Below are positions 10,299-18,854 of a stretch of 64,000 bases of DNA, one piece after another. Numbering within the stretch: the stretch's first letter is position 1; the number at the start of each line of letters is the position of its first letter. The stretch is from assembly GCA_001464505.1 (NCBI GenBank), contig LNEH01000121.1:8886-72885 (forward strand). The letters are read 5' to 3'. The translations under genes and the position numbers were made by a program. Below the pieces are notes generated by a model. That model had not been told where the DNA came from and did not search any database. It saw only the letters and a list, made by a program, of their open reading frames with translations. This stretch comes from Verrucomicrobia bacterium Ga0077533. Lineage in GTDB: Bacteria > Verrucomicrobiota > Verrucomicrobiia > Opitutales > Opitutaceae.

Positions 10299-10701
10299 AT
10301 GTAGGTAGGGCGCACCGGCCCGGTGCGCCGCTTTCGTCGAGCGCAGCGAACGCGGCGTGGTCGCCGGCCGGTGAATGTAGGTAGGGCGCACCGGCCCGGT
10401 TCGGCATTTCCCCCAGTTCCCGCAGGAGATCGTAACTGTAGAGTCCCGTCCCGTGGCCGTCGCTGAAATCGAACCGGATGGCGTAGTTGCCGATGCGTTC
10501 CCAGCCGGTCACCTCGACCCCGACGTAATTCCGCGGGGCCTCGCCGCCATAGTGGTGGCCGAAGATGTCGCGCTCGCCGCGCACGGCGGCGCTCGGCGAG
10601 GCCGCCCGCAGCGTGGCGAATGAAATGAAACTCTCCCGGCCGTCCTCCCAGCGGAGGGCGACCTCGGTGCCGATGAGTTGGAGGTCGGCGGGTGTTTGCA
10701 T
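10252..10701 (-). CDS. DUF971 / gamma-butyrobetaine hydroxylase N-terminal-like protein; C terminus runs through the duplication
   Basis: LRAASPSA, IGNYAIRFDFSDGHGTGLYSY. Confidence 0.85.
   Translation of the reverse strand: MQTPADLQLIGTEVALRWEDGRESFISFATLRAASPSAAVRGERDIFGHHYGGEAPRNYVGVEVTGWERIGNYAIRFDFSDGHGTGLYSYDLLRELGEMPNRAGAPYLHSPAGDHAAFAALDESGAPGRCALPTFTGRRPRRVRCARRK
10255..10400. repeat. Exact 70-bp direct duplication (period 76) of the lpxA 3' end plus a GTAG REP hairpin
   Basis: 10255-10324 equals 10331-10400; REP hairpin GTAGGGCGCACCGGCCCGGTGCGCCG. Confidence 0.9.
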
Positions 10702-10755
10702 GTGCCGAGTCTCGTTGGTTGGCGCGGGGAAGTGAAGCCCCGAAAACCCGGCGAA

Positions 10756-12057
10756 TCACCAAGCCTCCGGCTCCGGCCTCGCGGGCGGCTTCGGTTTCCT
10801 GAACCGACCGGCGTAGCTGCGGTCGATCTCCTCGATCTCCGGCTCGGGAATGCGGGTGAACGCGATGCGCATCGGTGCGTCCTGCGTGGCGCCGTGCGCG
10901 CCACCGAGATAGACGGTGTTCTTGCCCAGAACTTTGTTCAGGTGGTCCACCGCGGAGAACAGCCGGCCGCGGCTCTCCTCCGTTTTCTGCTCAAACAAAT
11001 CGGGCGTGTGCAGTCGCAGGTCCAGCAGGTGTGTTAGATGCACGCCGATGCGCAGCGGGACGCGTTTGCGGTCCGCCGCCGGGCGCTTTTTCCAGAGCGC
11101 GGTGAGCGCGCGCGTCAGCTCGAGGGTGTCCTGTGTCTCGGTGAACCGCAGCTCGCCGCTCCAGCGCGAGTCGTCCCGGTAATCGACCGACACGCTGAGA
11201 CCGCCGGCGCAATAACCGCCGTGGCGCAGGCGCATCGCGGCCTTTTGCAGCAGGCGGTGCAACACCGCGAGCGCGGCCTCGGGGTTGCGCCGCGTGGGCG
11301 GCAGCACATGGCCATGGCCGATGGTCGAACCAGTCTGTTGCTCGAAGAATGGCAGATCCTCGCCGTGCAGCAGCCGCCACATTTGCTCGCCGCGCACGCT
11401 CTGCCAGATGCCGCGAAACTCGGCCATCGTGGCGGCGTAGAGCTGCGCCATGGTGGTGATGCCGTGCTCACCAAGGCGCCGCTGGATGTTCGGGCCGATG
11501 CCGGCAATGTCGCCGGGCTGGAGGTGCAGCAATTTCGCGGGAATGTCCCCGTCATCGAGGATGACCAGTCCGTCCGGCTTCTGCATGTCCGAGGCGACCT
11601 TGGCGAGCAGCCAGGTCGGCGCGAGGCCGATGGAACTGCGCAGGCACGGACCGACCTCGCGGGAGATTTTGGCCTTGATGCGCTGCGCCAGCGCCACGGC
11701 CTCCGCTCGCGGCGCGAAACGCGCGGTCAACTCGCACGTCAACTCGTCGATCGACTGGACCTTCGTGACGTGGATGCAGGATTCGATGACCTCGATCAGC
11801 CGGCGGTGGTAGTTGATGTAGGTTTCCGGCCGGGCCTCGACGATCACGAGGCCGGGGCAGAGGCGGCGCGCGTCAGCCACGCGGGCGTTGCGGGTCAGGC
11901 CCATTTTTTTCGCCTCGCTGCTGACGGCGATGCATCCGGTGGTCTCCGCCAGCACCGGGACGATGCCGATGGGTTTGCCCCGCAACTCCGGGCGCTCCTG
12001 TTGCTCCACCGAGGCGAAGAATGAATTAAAATCGATCGTGAGGTATCGCAGCGCCAC
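10756..12057 (-). CDS. Y-family DNA polymerase (DinB/UmuC-like)
   Basis: IDFNSFFASVEQ, SIDE, LAKVASDMQKPDG. Confidence 0.93.
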   Translation of the reverse strand: MALRYLTIDFNSFFASVEQQERPELRGKPIGIVPVLAETTGCIAVSSEAKKMGLTRNARVADARRLCPGLVIVEARPETYINYHRRLIEVIESCIHVTKVQSIDELTCELTARFAPRAEAVALAQRIKAKISREVGPCLRSSIGLAPTWLLAKVASDMQKPDGLVILDDGDIPAKLLHLQPGDIAGIGPNIQRRLGEHGITTMAQLYAATMAEFRGIWQSVRGEQMWRLLHGEDLPFFEQQTGSTIGHGHVLPPTRRNPEAALAVLHRLLQKAAMRLRHGGYCAGGLSVSVDYRDDSRWSGELRFTETQDTLELTRALTALWKKRPAADRKRVPLRIGVHLTHLLDLRLHTPDLFEQKTEESRGRLFSAVDHLNKVLGKNTVYLGGAHGATQDAPMRIAFTRIPEPEIEEIDRSYAGRFRKPKPPARPEPEAW

Positions 12058-12368
12058 GCCGCTACGTTTGCCGCGACCTTGGCGCTGTCAAAAGAGAAGG
12101 GCGCTGCCGGCGGATGCCCTTGGGGCGATGGGGGCGACCCGGACTGCGGTTACAAGAGACCATAACCCATGCTGGCGCGACGGGCTGATGGTTGGAGACC
12201 GTGATGGGTTTTGCATCCCGGCAGACGGCAACCAACCGGCATGTTTTTTGTGACCGGCATACGTTGGGAATTCTTACAGAGACCGGAGGTTCATCGGCCG
12301 GCGCGGCGGAACCGGCCTTATCACCCTGATTTGGGTTGCGGGAACCACCAAATAACATCCGTTTGTCC

Positions 12369-13430
12369 ATGATGCCTGCAGCGGTGCCAGCCACCTTTTC
12401 CCCGACCGAGCTCGCAGCCGAAGCCGGCCGGCTGCTCCGGGTTCTGCTGCATGTGGACTGCGAACCGGGCCGCCAGTGGAACTACGAGTCGTGCCGCCGC
12501 ATCGCGCCGCTCACGCTTGAGATCAACCGCCTGAAACGCGAGCAGGACGCCGTCATCCTCACGCACTCCTACGTCGAGCCGGAGATCATCTACGGGGTGG
12601 GCGACTTCAAGGGCGACTCCTACTTCCTCAGCCAGAAGGCGCGCGACTCGCAGGCGAAGAAGATCGTGTTCGCCGGGGTCGTGTTCATGGCCGAGACGGC
12701 GAAGATCCTCTCGCCACAGGCCACGGTGGTCGTGCCCGATCGCGGCTCCGGCTGCTCGCTGGCCGATTCGATCACGGGTGAGGGCGTCCGCCGCCTGAAG
12801 GCGCTCTACCCGGACGCCGTCGTCGTTTGCTACATCAACAGCACCGCCGAGGTGAAGGCGGAGTCGGACGTCTGCGTCACTTCGGGCAATGTTTACGACA
12901 TCGTCGCCAAGCTCCCTGAGCGACGCATCCTCTTCGTGCCCGACCGGCTGATGGCCGACAACGTCCGCGTCGAGCTGAAGCGCCGCGGGGTGGACAAGGA
13001 GATCGTCTCCTCGGACGGCACCTGCATCGTGCATGACCAGTTCGATCCCGCGTTCATTGCCGAGGCGCGCACCCGTTTTCCCGGTCTGAAAGTTGTCGCG
13101 CACCCCGAATGCACCGCCGAGACCGCCGCCGCCGCCGATTTTGTCGGCAGCACGGGCGCCATGATGAAATACGTGAAGAACACGCCCGCGCCCTATTTCC
13201 TCATGCTCACCGAGTGCGGCCTCGTGGGCCGGCTGCAGGCTGAGGCGCCGGAGAAAAACTTCATCGGCGGCTGCCGCCTCTGTCCCTATATGAAGCTCAA
13301 CTCGCTGGAAAAATTGCACCAGGCCATGGTCGCCCCGCGCCCCGACCAGATCGTCACCCTCGACGAGGATCTGCGCCGCCGCGCCGCGCGCAGCATCGAA
13401 CGGATGTTCGAGCTCACGCCCAAGAACTGA
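12369..13430 (+). CDS. nadA: Quinolinate synthase
   Basis: ILTHSY, GDSY, GCSLA, VCYINS, CIVH, AHPEC, CPYMK; start approximate. Confidence 0.95.
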   Translation: MMPAAVPATFSPTELAAEAGRLLRVLLHVDCEPGRQWNYESCRRIAPLTLEINRLKREQDAVILTHSYVEPEIIYGVGDFKGDSYFLSQKARDSQAKKIVFAGVVFMAETAKILSPQATVVVPDRGSGCSLADSITGEGVRRLKALYPDAVVVCYINSTAEVKAESDVCVTSGNVYDIVAKLPERRILFVPDRLMADNVRVELKRRGVDKEIVSSDGTCIVHDQFDPAFIAEARTRFPGLKVVAHPECTAETAAAADFVGSTGAMMKYVKNTPAPYFLMLTECGLVGRLQAEAPEKNFIGGCRLCPYMKLNSLEKLHQAMVAPRPDQIVTLDEDLRRRAARSIERMFELTPKN

Positions 13431-13444
13431 CCACCCCGATAATC

Positions 13445-13463
13445 TGTAACGTATTATATTACA
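13445..13463. repeat. 19-bp AT-rich mini-palindrome, family I (TGTAACGTATTATATTACA)
   Basis: Identical copy at 61468-61486 inside uvrA. Confidence 0.8.
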
Positions 13464-13472
13464 CATTTCCCT

Positions 13473-14306
13473 ATGATCGACGTCCGCACCGCCCATCTGA
13501 TCGACCTCGCCCTCGAGGAGGACGCCGGCCTCGGCGATGTCACCAGCCGCGCCCTGTTCCCGGCTAAGCATCGCAGCCGCGCCGTCATCGACGCCAGGCA
13601 GGAGCTCGTCGTCTGCGGGCTCGAAGTCGCCGCCGCGGTGTTCGCGCGCGCCGATCCGGCTTTGAAAGTGAGACTGCTCGCGGCCGATGGCGACCGCATC
13701 AAGCCCGGCACCGCGGTGCTGCGGGTCGAGGGGCCGACCGCCGCGCTGCTCACGGCCGAGCGCACCGCGCTCAATTTCCTGCAGCGGCTCAGCGGCGTCG
13801 CGACGCAGGCCCGGCGTTTCGCCGCCGCCGTGCGCGGCACCGGCGTTCGCATCGTCGACACGCGCAAGACCACGCCGGGGTTCCGCGCCCTCGAGAAATA
13901 CGCGGTGCGCTGCGGCGGATGCTTCAACCACCGCTCCTCGCTGGGCGAGCATGTGCTCATCAAGGACAACCACATCGCCGCCGCCGGTTCACTCACCCGT
14001 GCCGTGCGGCTTTGCCAGGCCGCCGCGCCGCCCGGCGCGAAGATCGAGGTCGAGGCGGGCACCCTTGCCGAAGTTCGCGAGGCCTGCCGCGCCGGTGCCG
14101 GAATCATCCTGCTCGACAACATGACGCCCGCCCAGGTCGGTGCTGCCGTGAAAGTCATCGCCGGCCGCGCCATGGTGGAAGTCTCGGGCGGCGTCCGCTT
14201 TGACACCCTGCGTGATTACGCCCTGCCGGGCGTGGATGTCATCAGCATCGGCGCGCTCACGCACTCAGCCGTCGCGGCCGACCTGAGCCTGACAATCCTC
14301 AATTAG
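13473..14306 (+). CDS. nadC: Nicotinate-nucleotide diphosphorylase
   Basis: ERTALNFLQRLSG, DTRKTTPG, LIKDNH, LLDNM, SIGALTH. Confidence 0.96.
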   Translation: MIDVRTAHLIDLALEEDAGLGDVTSRALFPAKHRSRAVIDARQELVVCGLEVAAAVFARADPALKVRLLAADGDRIKPGTAVLRVEGPTAALLTAERTALNFLQRLSGVATQARRFAAAVRGTGVRIVDTRKTTPGFRALEKYAVRCGGCFNHRSSLGEHVLIKDNHIAAAGSLTRAVRLCQAAAPPGAKIEVEAGTLAEVREACRAGAGIILLDNMTPAQVGAAVKVIAGRAMVEVSGGVRFDTLRDYALPGVDVISIGALTHSAVAADLSLTILN

Positions 14307-14343
14307 ACCAACTGCATGCGCGAAGAAAATCACCGGAGTATTA

Positions 14344-14428
14344 AGGTGGAACGCGGCCTCCGGACGCGTTGTTGGACGTGTGTAGCACGGTCAACGCTCT
14401 TAGCGCGTCCAGAGGCCGCGCTCCACCT
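14344..14428. repeat. GTGG-type REP doublet (family G-like), intergenic
   Basis: AGGTGGAACGCGGCCTCCGGACGCG...CGCGTCCAGAGGCCGCGCTCCACCT. Confidence 0.75.
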
Positions 14429-14443
14429 CGGCATAGCCTGAAG

Positions 14444-16006
14444 ATGAAAATCATCCACACCGACTGCCTCGTCCTCGGCGCCGGGCTCGCGGGCTCCGCC
14501 TACGCGTGGCACGCGGCCCGCGCCGGCTTCAAGGTGGAGTTGCTTTCGCTCGGCGAGCCGCTGCGCGCGAACAGCGACTGGGCGCAGGGCGGCATCATCT
14601 ACGACACGAGTCCCGATCCGGCGCAGCTCGCGCAGGATATTCTCGCGGCCAGCGACGGCACCGCGAACGCCGCCGCCATTGAGCAACTCGTCCGCGAAGG
14701 CCCCGCGGCGGTGAAGGAACTGCTCCTCGACGAGTTGCGCGTGGATTTCGACCGTGACGCCGCCGGCCAGCTCGATCTGGCGCGGGAAGGCGGGCACAGC
14801 GCGCGCCGGATCATCCACGCGAAGGACGCCACCGGCCACGCGATCCTCGAGGCGCTGGCGCGAAAGGTGGACACGACCCGGGGCATCACCCGCCGCGGCG
14901 GATTCGCGGCGATTGACCTGCTGACGCTTTCCCACAGCTCCACCGCGGCCAGTGACCGTTATGAGCCGCTGACCTGCTTTGGCTGCTACGCGCTCGACAC
15001 CGCGACGGGCGAGGTTGTGGCCTTCGTCGCGAAGAAGACCGTGCTCGCCACCGGCGGGCTGGGCGGGATTTATCTGCACACCACCAACCAGCCCGGCAGC
15101 GTCGGGCCCGGGGTGGCGATGGCCTACCGCGTCGGCGCGCGGCTGATGGACCTCGAATACGTGCAGTTTCATCCGACAGTGTTCACCGTGCCCGGGGTGG
15201 CGCCCTTTCTCATCACGGAGGCGTTGCGCGGGGAGGGGGCCGTGCTGGTCGATGCCGCCGGCCGGCGTTTCATGGACGGCGTGCATCCGCTCGGGTCGCT
15301 GGCGCCACGCGACGTGGTCGCGCGGGCCATCAAGCAGCACCTCGCCACGACCGGCGAAGCGTGCGTCTATCTCAATCTGGCGGCGCTCAAGCCGGAATTC
15401 ATCCGCGAGCGGTTTCCGGGGATTTACCAGCGCTGCCTGGAGGGCGGGGTGGACATCACGCGCGAGCGCATCCCCGTCGTGCCGGCGGCGCATTTCTCCT
15501 GCGGCGGCGTGCATGCCGACCTGCGCGGGCGCACGAATGTCCGGCACCTGAACGCGATCGGCGAGACCGCCTGCACCGGTCTGCACGGGGCCAACCGCCT
15601 CGCGAGCACCTCGCTGCTCGAGTGCCTGGTCAGTGCCAACGCGGCCGCGGCGGCCGATGCGGTGGAATTGGGGGACGGGAAGTTTCATCGGCCGACACCC
15701 AAGCCCTGGACGAGTCCCGTCAAGGCGGCCGACCCGATGCTGGTGCGGCAGGATCTGCACCAGATCCGGACCACGATGTGGAATTACGCCGGCATCATCC
15801 GCTCGCCGCGCCGGCTGGCCCGGGCGCGCCGCATTCTTTTGGAGCTGCGCGAGGACATCCAGGCGTTCTACCGCGACTGCCGGCCCACGGCCGAGCTGGT
15901 CGAGCTGCGCAACGCCGTGCAGACGGCGCTGCTGGTCGTCCATGCCGCGGCGCTCAACCCGGTGAGCAAGGGCTGCCATTTTCTGGCGGGCGACGAGCAG
16001 CCATGA
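14444..16006 (+). CDS. nadB: L-aspartate oxidase
   Basis: GAGLAG, AQGGI, REGGHS, QFHPT, LHGANRLASTSLLE. Confidence 0.96.
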   Translation: MKIIHTDCLVLGAGLAGSAYAWHAARAGFKVELLSLGEPLRANSDWAQGGIIYDTSPDPAQLAQDILAASDGTANAAAIEQLVREGPAAVKELLLDELRVDFDRDAAGQLDLAREGGHSARRIIHAKDATGHAILEALARKVDTTRGITRRGGFAAIDLLTLSHSSTAASDRYEPLTCFGCYALDTATGEVVAFVAKKTVLATGGLGGIYLHTTNQPGSVGPGVAMAYRVGARLMDLEYVQFHPTVFTVPGVAPFLITEALRGEGAVLVDAAGRRFMDGVHPLGSLAPRDVVARAIKQHLATTGEACVYLNLAALKPEFIRERFPGIYQRCLEGGVDITRERIPVVPAAHFSCGGVHADLRGRTNVRHLNAIGETACTGLHGANRLASTSLLECLVSANAAAAADAVELGDGKFHRPTPKPWTSPVKAADPMLVRQDLHQIRTTMWNYAGIIRSPRRLARARRILLELREDIQAFYRDCRPTAELVELRNAVQTALLVVHAAALNPVSKGCHFLAGDEQP

Positions 16007-16036
16007 GCCCAACACCCCAGCCACAGCCAGAGCGAC

Positions 16037-16477
16037 TCAGGACGCACTGATCACGTCCAGCCCCTTCAGGCCAAAGTGCGGGGCGGCGGCGAGCAGGTGC
16101 CGATCGTGACTGTAGATTTCCTTCAAGCCTGCGTCTTTGGCGCAGGCCAAGTGCAGCGCATCGCCCGCGCGGATGAAAATTGTGGGTGGCAAGCCGGTGA
16201 TTTTGTCACAGGCCGTCGCGATCAATCCCGGGGAAAGCGGCAGCCAGTGCAGCATTTGCGAGGACTCGTCTTGGACCACCTGCTTGATGAGTGTGGTCAG
16301 ACGTGAGCCCGGCAAGCGGCCTTCCCGTTGGTGGCGTTTGAAAGCGGCAAAGAGTTCCAATCGTCCGTGGGCGGCACAGACCAGCTCGTTCTTGCCTTCC
16401 AGCCAGGCCAGAACTTCGTCGGCCCCGGATTCGTCGCCGTAAATTTTGACCAAATAGGATGTGTCGAGGTAGATCAC
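16037..16477 (-). CDS. vapC: PIN-domain toxin (VapC)
   Basis: IYLDTS, DALHLACA, YSHD; overlaps the upstream antitoxin. Confidence 0.9.
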   Translation of the reverse strand: MIYLDTSYLVKIYGDESGADEVLAWLEGKNELVCAAHGRLELFAAFKRHQREGRLPGSRLTTLIKQVVQDESSQMLHWLPLSPGLIATACDKITGLPPTIFIRAGDALHLACAKDAGLKEIYSHDRHLLAAAPHFGLKGLDVISAS

Positions 16478-16704
16478 CAGCGATCGCGGTCTTCGGAGAT
16501 GATGATGGTCGAATCGAAATCTATTTTCGGCCTTGGAGCACGGCCCTTGAGAGTGAACACGGGCCGGGGTGTCTGCTCCTCCGTGGGGGCTTTCAGCATG
16601 GCAACCTTTTCGCCGTTATCGGTCACGACGATAGTCTGCTTGGTTGCCGCGCGCACCCAGCGGCCGGTGGCCGCGTGGAGTTCCTTGATGGAAATCGTCT
16701 TCAT
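16474..16704 (-). CDS. Phd/YefM-family antitoxin
   Basis: MKTISIKELH...IVVTDNGEKVA pattern; upstream of the PIN gene. Confidence 0.85.
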   Translation of the reverse strand: MKTISIKELHAATGRWVRAATKQTIVVTDNGEKVAMLKAPTEEQTPRPVFTLKGRAPRPKIDFDSTIIISEDRDRW

Positions 16705-16711
16705 GCGGACA

Positions 16712-16739
16712 AGGTGTAACCGGTGACACCTCGGGTCAA
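16712..16739 (-). promoter_or_regulatory. Putative TA operator palindrome and -35 box
   Basis: AGGTGTAACCGGTGACACCT imperfect palindrome just upstream of the antitoxin; TTGACC on the minus strand. Confidence 0.5.
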
Positions 16740-16840
16740 GGGTGGAGGTTAGGGGAAGTGCTCAAGGGTGGGGGTGGCACCGGCGTAAGTGTGCAATTTG
16801 TGAACAAGTTTTGACAATTTCAGGGTGGTTTTTACTTGAT

Positions 16841-16880
16841 TGTGGGGGGTGAAATGGGGAGAAATGCAGCGTTCTGGGGA
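16841..16880 (+). promoter_or_regulatory. Putative MraZ-binding TGGGG direct repeats in the dcw promoter
   Basis: Three TGGGG copies upstream of mraZ; TTGACA at 16811. Confidence 0.55.
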
Positions 16881-16902
16881 AAAAGGCACTCAGGGCACAC
16901 TC

Positions 16903-17355
16903 ATGGCGCAATCAGGCACAACCGTTTATTCCGGCCGTTTCGAGCACACGCTCGACGACAAGAATCGTCTCACGATTCCGTCGTTGTGGCGTTGGGTGCA
17001 TACGGACACGGAGACGTTTCTGGCGATTCCGCATCCCGACGCTTACATCGCGGTGCTGCCGCCGGCCCGCGTGGAAAAACTGCTCGGGCAAATCGCCGAG
17101 ATGAAACTGTCGGACCGCGACGCGCAGGCCGTGAAGGCCAAGATTTTTTCCGAGGCCCTCTCGTTCACCTTCGACAAGCAGGGCCGCTTCGGCGTCAGCG
17201 CCAATCTGTTGCGCCACGCCGGTATCGCCAGGGACGCCGTGCTCTCGGGCATGGGCGACACCTTCAACATCCTCAGCCCGGCGCGCTGGACGGAAATGTC
17301 GCGCAGCACTGCCGGCGAAAACTTCGGCGACATGATGCGCCGCATCGGACTCTGA
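16903..17355 (+). CDS. mraZ: Transcriptional regulator MraZ
   Basis: HTLDDKNRLTIP and FDKQGR repeats; first gene of the dcw cluster. Confidence 0.93.
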   Translation: MAQSGTTVYSGRFEHTLDDKNRLTIPSLWRWVHTDTETFLAIPHPDAYIAVLPPARVEKLLGQIAEMKLSDRDAQAVKAKIFSEALSFTFDKQGRFGVSANLLRHAGIARDAVLSGMGDTFNILSPARWTEMSRSTAGENFGDMMRRIGL

Positions 17356-17482
17356 GCCATGAAACCCCTCGTCACGCTCATCCGGCCGCAGCCGCTGCCC
17401 AAATTGTCCCCTGTTTTCTGCGCGAATCGCCGCTCCCTCCCGCGCGAGCCGGTCTCGCTCGCCCTCCCGTGGAAGAAACTCC

Positions 17483-18433
17483 ATGCCCGCACCCGCTCTT
17501 GAGCTTGCTTCCCGCGCCATGACCCCGGGGCACCAACCCGTGATGTTGCATGAGGTTCTCGAATACCTCGCGCCTCTCCCGGGCCAGTGCCATCTCGACT
17601 GCACGTTTGGCGGCGGCGGCCACACCCGCGCCATTCTCGCCACCGGGGCCTCGGTCGTCGCCCTTGACCGCGATCCGGCAGCGGCGGACCGCGCGGCCGC
17701 CTACCGCGCCGAGTTTCCCGCGACCTTCCGCTTCGTTGACCTGGACTTCGGTGATCTGGCCTCTCTGCCGGATACCGGGTTCCACGGCATCCTGTTCGAT
17801 TTGGGCGTTTCGTCCTTCCAGCTCGATGAGGCGGATCGTGGTTTTGCCTTTCGGCAGGATGCCCCGGCCGACATGCGCATGGATCCGCGCGCCGGCATCC
17901 CCGCCGCCCAATGGCTGGAGGTCGCCAGCCACGACTCACTCGTCCGCGCCATTCGCGATTACGGCGAGGAGCCGAACTGGCGTCGCGTCGTCCGGGCCAT
18001 CGAATCAGCCCGCGGCACCCCTGCGCTCGCCCGCACCGCTTCGCTGGCCCAGCTTGTCGCCGATGCCATCCCGGCCGCCGTCAGGCGGGAGAGCCGCATC
18101 CATCCTGCCACCCGCGCCTTCCAGGGCATCCGCATCGCCGTCAATGACGAGCTGGGTGCCATCGAGCGCGCGCTGCCCGCGGCCTTTGCCAAGCTCGCGC
18201 CCGGCGGCGTGCTCGCCGTCATCAGCTTTCATTCCCTCGAGGACCGGCCCGTGAAGCAATTCTTCCGCGCGAGGTGCGGCCAGCCGGTCGACGCCAGCGA
18301 CGCCACGCCGCAGCAGCTCCGGACCAAGCACGCCGACCCGCTGACCCGCAAGCCGGTCACGCCTGCCGCAGCCGAGATTTCCGCCAACCCCCGCAGTCGC
18401 TCCGCCAAGCTGCGTGTTCTCCGCAAACTCTGA
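17483..18433 (+). CDS. rsmH: 16S rRNA m4C1402 methyltransferase
   Basis: [40 protein letters not shown]. Confidence 0.97.
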   Translation: MPAPALELASRAMTPGHQPVMLHEVLEYLAPLPGQCHLDCTFGGGGHTRAILATGASVVALDRDPAAADRAAAYRAEFPATFRFVDLDFGDLASLPDTGFHGILFDLGVSSFQLDEADRGFAFRQDAPADMRMDPRAGIPAAQWLEVASHDSLVRAIRDYGEEPNWRRVVRAIESARGTPALARTASLAQLVADAIPAAVRRESRIHPATRAFQGIRIAVNDELGAIERALPAAFAKLAPGGVLAVISFHSLEDRPVKQFFRARCGQPVDASDATPQQLRTKHADPLTRKPVTPAAAEISANPRSRSAKLRVLRKL

Positions 18434-18439
18434 CCCGTC

Positions 18440-18850
18440 ATGAAACCACCTCCGACCCATGCCCACGTCAACCGGCTCATCGCCCTGACCCTGCTGCTGC
18501 TCGTTTTTTCCGGTTCCCTCGGTCTCGCCGCGGTCTGGGTCCGCCAGGAAATCTCCCAGACGGCCAATCGCAGCCGCGCGCTCGTCGCCAAGCTCACCGA
18601 CGTGGAGCGCCGTCTCGATGAGATCAACGCGGAGGTCGCCGCCGCCGTCAATCCCGACGCCCTCCTGAAGCAAAACCAGGTCATGCGGCTGGGTCTGGCC
18701 ACGCCACGCGAGATTCAAGTGGTCCGCATCGCGGAATCACCCGAACTCCGGCTCGCGGCCAAGCGCAACCAGGAGATCTTCAACCTCGCGTCGGCTCCGG
18801 CCGGCGACCACGCGCCCGTTTTCCGCCTCGTGACCGCTGCGCTGCACTAA
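18440..18850 (+). CDS. ftsL: FtsL-like cell division protein
   Basis: Single TM plus coiled coil; between rsmH and ftsI. Confidence 0.65.
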   Translation: MKPPPTHAHVNRLIALTLLLLVFSGSLGLAAVWVRQEISQTANRSRALVAKLTDVERRLDEINAEVAAAVNPDALLKQNQVMRLGLATPREIQVVRIAESPELRLAAKRNQEIFNLASAPAGDHAPVFRLVTAALH

Positions 18851-18854
18851 AGCC

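Noticed and set aside
10255-10400. Possible CRISPR array
   Set aside because: Only two 70-bp copies of coding sequence with a 6-bp gap; no spacers and no cas genes.
12058-12200. SOS (LexA) box upstream of the Y-family polymerase
   Set aside because: No TGTTC-N4-GAACA or CTGT-N8-ACAG match was seen.
16798-16817. Rex-like operator TTGTGAA…TTGACAA
   Set aside because: Spacing is 6 rather than 4, and it is better explained as the mraZ -35 box.
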